Origin: Eubacteriales bacterium
GTDB lineage: Bacteria; Bacillota; Clostridia; Oscillospirales; CAG-272
Reading direction: 5' to 3'
NCBI GenBank assembly: GCA_045659365.1
Contig: JAZOWT010000105.1
Span: 1 to 52,059, forward strand
DNA length: 52,059 bases
Both the position numbers and the translations under genes were made by a program. Below the pieces are notes generated by a model, which was given only the letters and a program-made list of their open reading frames with translations, had not been told where the DNA came from and searched no databases. This document shows positions 17,183 to 26,303 of the stretch, one piece after another. Each line of letters begins with the position of its first letter. Within the stretch, counting starts at the first letter, position 1.

Positions 17183-18835
17183 TTATTTTACAACAACAAG
17201 ATTCTCGACGATCCTGTCCATTCCATAGTTGTAATAAACGTTTTCATCGAAATATTCGTCACCGTAGTAATCAAGCATTTCCTCCTTGATCTCTGCGGCG
17301 CGCTTATCGTACGCCTCACCGGTAAGCTTTGAAAGCTCCTCGGCATTGATCTCAAGGTAATACTCGTAGTGGGAGTCGATGATATCGTTGCGGATCTCTT
17401 CAAACTCCGACTTGCTGGGGAGATAATTTTCCTCTCTTACAATATAGTAGAAAATCATTTCCTCAAGGGCGGTTTTCTCCGCCTTTTCCCTCAACGTAGC
17501 GCGCCAGTCAGAGCCCTGAGGCAAGGAAAGGTAATCGGTTGCCGCAAGATCAAAGCTGGTGTAATAGCTGCTGTAAACGGAGTAATAATATGAAACCTCG
17601 TTATAGTAGGTATCGTAATACTGTTCAACGTTATATTCGGGCATCTTCTCAACCTCGACAAGGGCAAAAAGATGATCCCAGACCTTTTCAACAATAAGCT
17701 TTTCGTTGGTGTCGTCGATCTCTTTTTTCAAGCTCTTTTCAAGATGATCCTTGTATTTTGCAACAAGGTCCGCTCCCTCGTAGCTTGCAAGATCGTCTGC
17801 AGTAAGCTTAAGGGTTTCGGTGATGAACTTCTCATCGAGCTCAGGGACTTCATAAACGATCGCGCTGGCGATGTAAACCTCGAAGCAAGCCTCAACACCG
17901 CGCAAAGATGCCTCGGAATAGCTCGCAGGGAAGGTAACGTTGATGGTCAAGGGCGCATTCTCGCATCCGCGGGTAGCGTACTCTATCTTCATGTCACTGT
18001 ATCCGGCGCTGCCTGTACCGTAGGAGAAGGTCTTGGAGGAGAGCTTCTCACCGATGCTCTGCGCCTCGGTGCCCTCGGCAGTGCCAAGGAAGAAGTCCTT
18101 GAAGCCCTTACCGTAGGTCGCATCAACGTCCTCACCAAGATCTATTCTCTCTGCGGTCACCTGCTTGTAGGTTCCTGCCTCATCGGGGTAAAACGCGGTA
18201 TAGGTAAGGTAGATAACGTCACCCTCCTGAACCTTGCCCTCGCTGTACTTCTTGAAGGGCTCGTAGTCCATAGGAACCTTACCGAGCATACCGTCGGTAA
18301 ATCCGGCAATGAAGTATCCTGCATCGCCCGACTCGTCAATTATCTTGCCGGTTCCAACCTCAAGCATAATATGTGTATCCTGCGCAAAGTTGGTGGATAT
18401 TTCCTTTTCCTTACCGTTCTCGTCAATGTAATATCCGCGATACATCAGGGATACAACGTCGCCAAGAGTGATCGGCTTGCTTTTGTAAGCACTGCCGTCG
18501 TAAAGAGGATCCTTGCTCTTGTTCTGAACAAGTATATCGTTTATCTTGCGGACAAGATCCGTTTCGTCATATTCCTCAAGCGCAAGCTCAACGGTTATGT
18601 TTGCATAATCGTCACGCGAGAGGGTGATATACTTTGAAAGATTGTCCTTCATAAGATCGACAGGGCCGCCGCGAATAGCACGAACTATAAGCACGACTGC
18701 CGCCGCAACGATCGCTATTATAAGAATGGAAGCGACAATGGTGAATATTTTCTGTTTTTTGGTCATCGGAATGCTCTTTTTCTGTGCTTTAGCGCTACCC
18801 GTGTAACCTTTTTTGTTATTTTTGTTAGTTGCCAT
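17183..18835 (-). CDS. Membrane-anchored trigger-factor-like FKBP-type chaperone/PPIase
   Basis: Basic N-terminus plus one TM helix, then GDVVSLMY..LEVGTG..FIAGF..G, INVTFPASY..LRGVEACFEV and VPELDEKF, followed by a TF C-terminal-like helical region. No GFRxGxxP ribosome-binding motif. Confidence 0.7.
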   Translation of the reverse strand: MATNKNNKKGYTGSAKAQKKSIPMTKKQKIFTIVASILIIAIVAAAVVLIVRAIRGGPVDLMKDNLSKYITLSRDDYANITVELALEEYDETDLVRKINDILVQNKSKDPLYDGSAYKSKPITLGDVVSLMYRGYYIDENGKEKEISTNFAQDTHIMLEVGTGKIIDESGDAGYFIAGFTDGMLGKVPMDYEPFKKYSEGKVQEGDVIYLTYTAFYPDEAGTYKQVTAERIDLGEDVDATYGKGFKDFFLGTAEGTEAQSIGEKLSSKTFSYGTGSAGYSDMKIEYATRGCENAPLTINVTFPASYSEASLRGVEACFEVYIASAIVYEVPELDEKFITETLKLTADDLASYEGADLVAKYKDHLEKSLKKEIDDTNEKLIVEKVWDHLFALVEVEKMPEYNVEQYYDTYYNEVSYYYSVYSSYYTSFDLAATDYLSLPQGSDWRATLREKAEKTALEEMIFYYIVREENYLPSKSEFEEIRNDIIDSHYEYYLEINAEELSKLTGEAYDKRAAEIKEEMLDYYGDEYFDENVYYNYGMDRIVENLVVVK

Positions 18836-18843
18836 ATTAAGTT

Positions 18844-19284
18844 TTATCCTTCCAAAAAGGAGTCTGCAAAGGATGTGGCAAGAGCATCGCAGCGCTCGTT
18901 GTAAGCGTGTCCGTCATGTCCCTTGACCCATATGAATGTGACCTCGTGGCGCTTGGTAAGGTCATAAAGGCGCTGCCAGAGATCGGGGTTTTTAAGCTCG
19001 TCCCTACCTCGTTTCCAACCGTGGGAGCGCCAGGAGTCAACCCAGCCCTCAAGGAATGCATCGACCACATATTTTGAGTCGGAGTATAGCGTTACACGGC
19101 AGGGCTCCTTAAGTGCCTCAAGTCCGGATATCGCGGCTAAAAGCTCCATGCGGTTGTTGGTGGTTTCCCTCTCACCGCCGGACATCTCCTTCTCATACTT
19201 ACCGTACACGAGTATAGCGCCCCAACCGCCGCGACCGGGGTTGCCACGGCAGGCGCCGTCCGTATAAAGCTGTACTTCTTTCAT
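18844..19284 (-). CDS. rnhA: Ribonuclease HI
   Basis: [24 protein letters not shown] and WVKGH..NERCD motifs. Confidence 0.97.
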   Translation of the reverse strand: MKEVQLYTDGACRGNPGRGGWGAILVYGKYEKEMSGGERETTNNRMELLAAISGLEALKEPCRVTLYSDSKYVVDAFLEGWVDSWRSHGWKRGRDELKNPDLWQRLYDLTKRHEVTFIWVKGHDGHAYNERCDALATSFADSFLEG

Positions 19285-19301
19285 TTTATATTTATTAACA
19301 G

Positions 19302-19333
19302 GAAATCCGACAGTTTAATTGCTGTCGGATTTC
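19302..19333 (-). terminator. Hairpin downstream of the lipoprotein gene (weak U-tract)
   Basis: gaaatccgacag ... ctgtcggatttc inverted repeat. Confidence 0.65.
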
Positions 19334-19345
19334 ACAAGGTCTTTT

Positions 19346-21508
19346 TTACTCAGTCTCGGTCTTCTCGGTAAGCTCTTCTACGCGCTTAACGGTGCCGATG
19401 TAATCATTCTTATACTCGATAAGAGTAGCGATGCCGTCCTCTTTCTCCTCGGACTTAACAAGCTCGTTCATAAGCTTGTCGAGCTGATATACAATCTCGA
19501 AGCTATCTTCGTAGTAAAGATCTACGTAGTACTCGTAGGTGTAGTTGTCATCAGTGAGATCCTTGAACTCATCCTTGGTGAGAGCAAGATCGAAGGTCTG
19601 TGCAACAAGGTTGATCGCGATAGCCTCAGCAACGTGTGCCTTTGCTGCGTTCTCAACCGCCTCAACAGCCTGCTCGTAGGTTGCATCCTTGATGTCGTAC
19701 TCATTGTATGCAACGTGCTGTGCAAGGAAGTTCTTGAAGCTTCCGTTGTACTGGCTGTAATAGCTCTGTGCAGCGGAGGAGTTGGAGGTGCCGTCGAGCT
19801 TGTAGTTCTCATAGAAGCAGTACTCGTAGCTGTCGATGAGGTACTTGTAAGCTGCCTTAACAGCCTTCTTGGGGTAGTCGGTAACCTTTACGTTCTTGAT
19901 GATCTGATCGTATACGTAAGTAGCAACCTTAGTCTTGATGTCGGAGTTATAAGCGTTCTCAAGGTCCTTGTAAACGACGTTATTCTTGTAACCGGTTACG
20001 ATAGCATCAGCGCCACCCTCAACAGTAGCGTTAAGCTCCTTGATGAGCTCGTTTCTCTTTTCAACTGCATCGTTGTATTCCTTATCGGTACCAACAACAG
20101 CCTTTGTATCCTCAGTAGCCTCTGCGCCGAGGTAAGCCTTTTTGGTCTCCTCAACGTCGTCCTCAGCGGACTTAAGCTTTTTGTTAGCCTCTTCAAGAGC
20201 CTTCTCTGCATTGGTAACTGCAGTCTGGTTAGCGTCGGTGTTCTCCTGAGTGAGCTTATCCTTTGCAGCATCGAGATCAGCCTGCTTGGTTGCAACAGCG
20301 GTCTTTGCCTCTTCAAGAGCGGTTACTGCCTTGTCATACTTGGTCTTAGCAGCCTCGTTAGCAGTCTTGGTATCATTTACCTTGGTCTGTGCAGCGGTAA
20401 GCTTGGTTACGAAGTCCTCAAGAGAGATCTCCTCACCCTCAACGGTGAACTTATACTTCTCAAGGAGCTTGTGTGCGGTATCATCCTCCTCACCCTCAAC
20501 GTGCTCGTGCTCGGAGTAATCCTTACCAAAGAGGATGGTAGCGAGGTTAGCAAGAGTAATGTCCTTGCCGTAGATATTGTTAAGAATGGAGTCAACGGTG
20601 ATGTCAGCAACCTCTACGTAAGAAACTGCGTATACGTGGTAGGTAAGCTCAACGTCCTTGAGATCCTTCTTGGTTGCGGTATTGCCGGTGTAATAGGTGG
20701 GAGCCTCGGTCTTCTCAGTGGTGTAGGTCTTGTCAGTGAAGGTCTTCTCAGTACCCTGCTCTACCCAATCAACAGTGATGTTTGTGTAGGTAGCGGTATC
20801 AACCTTGAGCTCACTGATCTTCTTACCAACGGAAGCGTTGTTGGACTCGGTGTTGAAGTACTCAACAAGAGCTGCATGGAATGCATTGTCGGTAACGTTG
20901 ATAACTTCTCTGTGAAGCTTTGCGTTCTCGGTTACGGTAGCGGTAGCACCCTCAGCGTCAACCTTATCGTAGGTCTTGGTGTAGGTGATGAATACCTTGT
21001 CGCCGTCCTTGATCTTGCCGGTGGTTACCTGCTTGTAAGCAGAATCAGCGGTAAACTCGAAGCCTGCAAAAGCCTCAGCAAGCTTCTTAGCGAAATCGGT
21101 GGAGTAGTCGCTAAGGCCAACCTGAGTGCTGCTTGCTGCGCTCTCCTTCATCTTATCGGTGTAGAAGATCTGCTGATCAGCGCCCTCGCCGATGGTTACG
21201 TAGTAGCAATAGTAGATAAGATCGTAGGTATCAATGGTACCCTCAGTCTTCTTATCGGTGGTGTCTGCCTTCTTAGCAAGAGAGGCCATGATGGTATCAA
21301 GTACCTTCTGAGTTCTGGTCTCGGCATTCTCGGTGAAGTCACCGTCCTCGATCTCGAACTCTGCAAGTGCAGCAAGGAATGCCGCCTTGTCGAATGTGGC
21401 ATAGTCGGTCATATCGTCGTCAATGTAGCTGTAAGCGCAGCTTGCAAGGGCGAGAACAGACATTACTACCACAAGAATTAAGCTGATAATTCTCTTTTTC
21501 ATTGTCAT
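19346..21508 (-). CDS. Lipoprotein, divergent trigger-factor-like, with a coiled-coil insertion
   Basis: Signal peptide with lipobox LAS-C; degenerate FKBP-like strands (DLIYYCY, GDKVFITY, DVELTYHV); Ala/Lys-rich coiled coil; TF-C-like region (VKVTDYPKKAV..AAKAHVAE..IAINLVA). Strong codon bias. Confidence 0.6.
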   Translation of the reverse strand: MTMKKRIISLILVVVMSVLALASCAYSYIDDDMTDYATFDKAAFLAALAEFEIEDGDFTENAETRTQKVLDTIMASLAKKADTTDKKTEGTIDTYDLIYYCYYVTIGEGADQQIFYTDKMKESAASSTQVGLSDYSTDFAKKLAEAFAGFEFTADSAYKQVTTGKIKDGDKVFITYTKTYDKVDAEGATATVTENAKLHREVINVTDNAFHAALVEYFNTESNNASVGKKISELKVDTATYTNITVDWVEQGTEKTFTDKTYTTEKTEAPTYYTGNTATKKDLKDVELTYHVYAVSYVEVADITVDSILNNIYGKDITLANLATILFGKDYSEHEHVEGEEDDTAHKLLEKYKFTVEGEEISLEDFVTKLTAAQTKVNDTKTANEAAKTKYDKAVTALEEAKTAVATKQADLDAAKDKLTQENTDANQTAVTNAEKALEEANKKLKSAEDDVEETKKAYLGAEATEDTKAVVGTDKEYNDAVEKRNELIKELNATVEGGADAIVTGYKNNVVYKDLENAYNSDIKTKVATYVYDQIIKNVKVTDYPKKAVKAAYKYLIDSYEYCFYENYKLDGTSNSSAAQSYYSQYNGSFKNFLAQHVAYNEYDIKDATYEQAVEAVENAAKAHVAEAIAINLVAQTFDLALTKDEFKDLTDDNYTYEYYVDLYYEDSFEIVYQLDKLMNELVKSEEKEDGIATLIEYKNDYIGTVKRVEELTEKTETE

Positions 21509-21572
21509 TCTTTCCTCTATGTTTTTTTATTTTAAACGGTTAAAAACGCAACGTATATAACGCGCATCAATC

Positions 21573-21601
21573 ATTATATCATACTTTTTCAAAAAAATCA
21601 A
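21573..21601 (-). promoter_or_regulatory. sigmaA promoter of the lipoprotein gene
   Basis: Minus strand TTGATT-17 bp-TATAAT with TG extension. Confidence 0.7.
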
Positions 21602-21635
21602 ATGTTTTTTTAAATTTTTATGATATTTATTAAAA

Positions 21636-24593
21636 TCAGAAGTCATAACCGCTCTCAAGGTCGAATTCCTCGCCGTTAACAAGAGCAATAAAGTTATTTA
21701 CGATCTTCTTGAAGCCGTAGGTCGAGATGTAGAAATCGGATACTGCATCTGACTGGAGCATATTTCCGTTTTCATCCTCCTGATACAGGCGGACAACCAC
21801 GCGGCGGTCTGCGGTACGGTAGAACTCATAGGTGTAGTAATTCTCGTCGGTGTCGTCGCCATCCTTATCGGTGTCGATCTTGAGCGAGAATCTCATAAGC
21901 ATCTTGCACTCCTCGATTGCAAAGTCCTGCTCTGCCTGATCAACAGCACCCTCAAAGTCAACGTAGAACATCGAAAGGATGAACTCCTTGAAATAGGTGG
22001 TACCGAGAGTATCGGGGAAATATGCGTTATGCTTATCCTTATCCGCTATGGTATTCTCATAAAGCTCATCAAGAGTATAATACTTTCTGTCATTCTCCTG
22101 CATAAGCTCAATGAGTTTGTTGGAGGTACACTCTCCGCTTGTCTGAACGTTGACCTTTATGCGGTCGAAGGTGTCAGAGTAGCTTTCGGGAGCCTTACCG
22201 CCGATCTGGATACCGGTAGAGGTGATGTAGGAGAGCTGATGTATAATGTCAAGCTCGTAGTTTCCTACAAAGTCATCGAGTGCAAACTCGATCTTGATCT
22301 GTTGCATGAACTCAACGTCGGTCATGAGCATATTCTTTCTTGCCCAGAGATCGACGAAGCTCTCCTCAAGGAAGAAGAAGGGAGAGTTATCCGCCTTTAC
22401 TATAATGTCGTAAAGATCGGAGGCGATTATTCTTGTGCCGTCATCCTGAATATCACTGATATAAAGGGTGAAGCCAAGCTTCTCGTAGTAGGTGTAGTCA
22501 TCGAGGGTCTCGTCATCACCACTGTCGATAGCAACAAGGTTTCTCGGAAGCTCGAAGTAAATTCTATGCTCGTAAAGGCCGAGCTCATAAAGCTTCTCGG
22601 GAGTGATACCAACCGCAACCACCTCGACACCCGAAAGACCGACGGAGGTAGAAGTGTTATCCGAAACACCGCCGATAAGCTGGAGGATCTGGTAGCATAC
22701 GTTGTAATCAAGACCGTAGAGGAGATAATCGTCAGTCTTGTTCTCGTAAATCGAGTCGCCGTAGAACGGATCGCGCTCGGAGTAGGAGAGGAAGCTGAGT
22801 GATACGATCTCCTTCTTTGTGATGAAGTACTTGATCTGACTGATCTGGTAGGTGCTGAAGTTCTTGAACGCCTCGAAGTACTGAGGCTCAAGATCAAGGG
22901 TTATCGATATGAACGAGGTGGTCTTACCGATTATGAGATCCTTGAGCTTGGTTTCAAACTCATCAGCAGGTTTTTTGAGATCGATGATACCGATATGCTC
23001 CTCGTCGTCAAGCACACCGTTTATAATGAGCTGGTAGCGGAATGAAACAATCGAATCCTCGGCAATCTTCTCGACCGCCTTACCGTCCTGGTTTTCGATC
23101 TCGATGATCTGGGTTATCTTCGCGCTGTAATTTACCTTAGTGGCATTTGCGCGGCTGTAATTGATGTCAAAGGTGATGGGAGAATCAAGCTTGCCGATCA
23201 CACCGGCACGAAGCGCTGCCACAGCGTCCTCAGGAAGTGCCATAGACTCAAGATCGATGATAGCATGAGAGAGCATCGGGCCCTGTGACTTTCCGTCAAC
23301 GGTGTAGTAGTAAGCAACCTTGATAAGGTTGTTCGAGCCGACCGCAGTGCCGACCTTGGTTACGTCGTCACCGTCACCGATTATAGACTCGATCTCGACG
23401 ATCTTGTAGCTGTACTTAACCGAATCCTTAGTCGAAAGATCGATGTTGTGCGATGCATCGGTGTCGGATATTATGGTGAAGATTATAGCATCGTCGCGAT
23501 CCGCAAGAGGATCGGTGGGATCGTAATATTTGCCTATAAGCTTACCTACGACCGCGTTTTTGATAACCGAGTTTACACTGTCAGACGTGAGGTCAATGGT
23601 CATCTCGGACTCGCCGGAAAAGTCGTATCCGTTAAGATAATCGGCATATCCGGAGGGGTCATCGATATAGCTTGAGGGATCAATAGGAACAAAGAGGTTT
23701 GCGGATACGATAACCTCAGACTTACCGGGAACGGCAGTACCCTCGGTATCGCAAAGCTCGGTTACCCAGTGGGTAAACTCGGGAGTGTAGATGGGCTCAA
23801 GGGTTGAGTCCTGTGAAAGACCTGCCGCGATGATAGAGGTCTTTACGTAAGAGAAGAAGCCGCGCATAGCGTACTCGTAGTACGAGGAGAGCGAGCTGTA
23901 AACGTAAGGACGGTCATCGATCATAAAGTAGTATCCGGCGCCGGTAACAAGCGCGTCACCAATGACGATCTTGTGTGTTTTCTGAGAGCCGTCGGTATCC
24001 TTATAATCAAAGGTTATCGTGGTGGTATTCTCATCAAAGCCGAACTCCTTATACTGCTCGGCGCGCTCGGTCTCGTTGGTGGAGAGAGGAATGCGCTCAC
24101 CGAAGTATGCGGTTTCAAGTGCGCTGGTGAGATAGGTTATACGGTGGATGGTTCCGTATCCGTCGTTGGTCTCGTATGCATAGAGGTCACTGTACTCAAA
24201 CGAGCTGTCCTCATCGCATATTGAGGGGTAATACACCTTTATTTCACCGTTATCCATGTACGCGAACATGAAATCATTGTCGGCGATCTCGGAGCGGTAA
24301 AGGGTGAAGTATCCATCCTTGAGGGTGGTGTTGTTTACTGTGATACGGATGATGTTTTTGTCTTCTACAACGGGATAGGCGACTGCGGTGTTACGGTAGA
24401 TTCCCTCTCCGTCAATAATTTCGGGAGGAACCTTGGTTGTTGTACCGTCTGAGCCGGAGTTATCATTCTTGATAGCTACCGATGCGATTATAGCGCCTGC
24501 AAGGAGAACGAGGAACACACCGAGGAGTATCAGTGTCATGCGCATTTTCTTCTTGCTACGCGCGATGCTTTCAATTTGCTGTCTTGTTTTCAT
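21636..24593 (-). CDS. Large single-TM extracytoplasmic protein, DUF4340-like, 985 aa
   Basis: N-terminal TM. YKEFGF..TITF..HKIVIGD...GAGYY...PYVY and LYELGL..FTLYIS segments resemble DUF4340. It lies in the usual position after GldG-like genes. Confidence 0.6.
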   Translation of the reverse strand: MKTRQQIESIARSKKKMRMTLILLGVFLVLLAGAIIASVAIKNDNSGSDGTTTKVPPEIIDGEGIYRNTAVAYPVVEDKNIIRITVNNTTLKDGYFTLYRSEIADNDFMFAYMDNGEIKVYYPSICDEDSSFEYSDLYAYETNDGYGTIHRITYLTSALETAYFGERIPLSTNETERAEQYKEFGFDENTTTITFDYKDTDGSQKTHKIVIGDALVTGAGYYFMIDDRPYVYSSLSSYYEYAMRGFFSYVKTSIIAAGLSQDSTLEPIYTPEFTHWVTELCDTEGTAVPGKSEVIVSANLFVPIDPSSYIDDPSGYADYLNGYDFSGESEMTIDLTSDSVNSVIKNAVVGKLIGKYYDPTDPLADRDDAIIFTIISDTDASHNIDLSTKDSVKYSYKIVEIESIIGDGDDVTKVGTAVGSNNLIKVAYYYTVDGKSQGPMLSHAIIDLESMALPEDAVAALRAGVIGKLDSPITFDINYSRANATKVNYSAKITQIIEIENQDGKAVEKIAEDSIVSFRYQLIINGVLDDEEHIGIIDLKKPADEFETKLKDLIIGKTTSFISITLDLEPQYFEAFKNFSTYQISQIKYFITKKEIVSLSFLSYSERDPFYGDSIYENKTDDYLLYGLDYNVCYQILQLIGGVSDNTSTSVGLSGVEVVAVGITPEKLYELGLYEHRIYFELPRNLVAIDSGDDETLDDYTYYEKLGFTLYISDIQDDGTRIIASDLYDIIVKADNSPFFFLEESFVDLWARKNMLMTDVEFMQQIKIEFALDDFVGNYELDIIHQLSYITSTGIQIGGKAPESYSDTFDRIKVNVQTSGECTSNKLIELMQENDRKYYTLDELYENTIADKDKHNAYFPDTLGTTYFKEFILSMFYVDFEGAVDQAEQDFAIEECKMLMRFSLKIDTDKDGDDTDENYYTYEFYRTADRRVVVRLYQEDENGNMLQSDAVSDFYISTYGFKKIVNNFIALVNGEEFDLESGYDF

Positions 24594-24609
24594 GCTTTTC
24601 CCTCCTTTA

Positions 24610-26289
24610 TCACAGGAAGCGGCGTCTTACACAGACGACTGCACCTGCAAGCAGAATAATGAAAGGAACAGCAGCAACAACGATCGTATATACGATCTTC
24701 TCGGTATTGGAGATACCGAAGTTTACCTTTACAACCTCGGAGGCATCGGGAGCATATATCTCGGTGTCCTCGGTGGAAAGGGTTGTGCTCACGAGCTGCT
24801 TACCGCCGAAGGAGGAGGAGTTAAGAGAGGTGCCTCCAAGCTCGAGCGACGCGTAAACGTCAACGCGGGAGATGTTATTTATAAGCGCCATCATTATGTC
24901 GTAGTTGGCATATGCGGCATTGGAAAGCGATTCATTGGAGAAGAAGTCTGCGGATGCGGCACAGAAGAGGTAGGAGTGAGTGTGCTCAGCGGTAACCGAG
25001 TCAAACGACTGTCTTACCGTAAGGGCCGCAAGATCGAACGTGCCGGTGGAGTCAAGCACCGAGCTGTCGTCATAGTTTCCGGAGGCATCACTGTAAAAAT
25101 AGGAGGATGCCTTATCGGATGATTTAAGGAAGGGGGCGTATCTCTTTACGGTTTCAGCCGAGCCTGCCTCGTTTTTGAATCCCTTCTCACCGTAGGAGTT
25201 GGTGATGTATCCGGTGTTATTAACGGTGGTACGTGCAGAGGTCGCAAGGCTTGCATAATCGCCGTAGATCGCGTTAGCATAGCTATCCACCTCGGTTTCG
25301 TAAACGGCGATAAGGTTCTTGCCCTCACTGCCGGCAACGGAAAGCTCGGTGTCGCGTACCTGAGAGGTGCTGAAATCAAAGCCCCACTCGTGGAGGAAGT
25401 CCTCAAGGTTAGGCAGTGAAAGTGACTGATCGTAGTCCTTGGTAACGATGATAGCACCCTGGTTGTTTACGAGGTACTTATCAAGCTTTTCAAGATCGGA
25501 TACGTACGAGAGGGAGTTGTACTGGTCGGGATAGGTAACAAAATCCTCTCTGGGATTGTTGATTATAAGAAGCGCGCAATCATTGGGGATCTGCTCGATC
25601 TCGGAGATAGCAAGCGTCTTTACCTGCAGACCGCAGTCGGTGAGAAGATTGTAGAAGTAAGCGGTGTTTACGCTCGACTCACAGGTGGGATCAGCGGGGT
25701 TGTAGTAGGTTTCACCGTGGTCGGTAAGGAAGTATGCCACGGGCTGGTTGATGGCGGTTACCGACTTGATAAGGGTTGCCATACGGTACTCGCCGTTGTA
25801 GGAGAAGTAATCGGAGGTCCAGAAGTTGAGCGCGCCGACTATTCTGTATCTGTCGCCGTAGGATACCACGACGTCAGTGGAGTTGATCTTGGTAAGAGAT
25901 GTGCTCTTGTATTTTGTAAGTGCGGTGGGGTTGGTGTTGACGTTTATCGTCTCAACCTCAACGTTTGAATATTTTTTCTGAAGCTCGAGCGCCATGTAGT
26001 AGGTTGCCCTGGTATCGAAGTTCGACACGAGCCTGTCGGGATCGGTGCAGAAGGTTATCTTCACACACTTATCGCCGTCGGTCTCGCCGAGCTTATCTAC
26101 AAAGGCACATTCCTTTACCATCGCTTCGGTCAAGGAGTAAAGTCCCTCCGGTGTGGCATCTATAAACCAGTTGCGCCCGCCGCCTATTATCGACAGGGCA
26201 AGGTTGATGCCAAGGAGCGCGACTACAACACCGACCGTTATGACGGAAAAGATAACCGTGCGCTTGCTTTTTCCTTTAAAAATTCTCAT
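24610..26289 (-). CDS. GldG-like ABC-type auxiliary (uncharacterized transport system) protein
   Basis: N- and C-terminal TM helices; IDATPEGLYSLT, AYFLTDHGE, IPNDCALLIINNPREDF and YANYDIMM motifs; ends CVRRRFL. Confidence 0.8.
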   Translation of the reverse strand: MRIFKGKSKRTVIFSVITVGVVVALLGINLALSIIGGGRNWFIDATPEGLYSLTEAMVKECAFVDKLGETDGDKCVKITFCTDPDRLVSNFDTRATYYMALELQKKYSNVEVETINVNTNPTALTKYKSTSLTKINSTDVVVSYGDRYRIVGALNFWTSDYFSYNGEYRMATLIKSVTAINQPVAYFLTDHGETYYNPADPTCESSVNTAYFYNLLTDCGLQVKTLAISEIEQIPNDCALLIINNPREDFVTYPDQYNSLSYVSDLEKLDKYLVNNQGAIIVTKDYDQSLSLPNLEDFLHEWGFDFSTSQVRDTELSVAGSEGKNLIAVYETEVDSYANAIYGDYASLATSARTTVNNTGYITNSYGEKGFKNEAGSAETVKRYAPFLKSSDKASSYFYSDASGNYDDSSVLDSTGTFDLAALTVRQSFDSVTAEHTHSYLFCAASADFFSNESLSNAAYANYDIMMALINNISRVDVYASLELGGTSLNSSSFGGKQLVSTTLSTEDTEIYAPDASEVVKVNFGISNTEKIVYTIVVAAVPFIILLAGAVVCVRRRFL

Positions 26290-26303
26290 ATATTTTCCAT
26301 TCT

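Noticed and set aside
19319-21481. 720-aa plus-strand ORF, and similar long antisense ORFs at 1255-2550, 4092-5486, 7901-9469, 35159-36559, 38307-39785, 45086-46300 and 50080-51975
   Set aside because: These are shadows of real genes whose codon bias avoids TTA/CTA/TCA. They have no RBS and no recognisable motifs.
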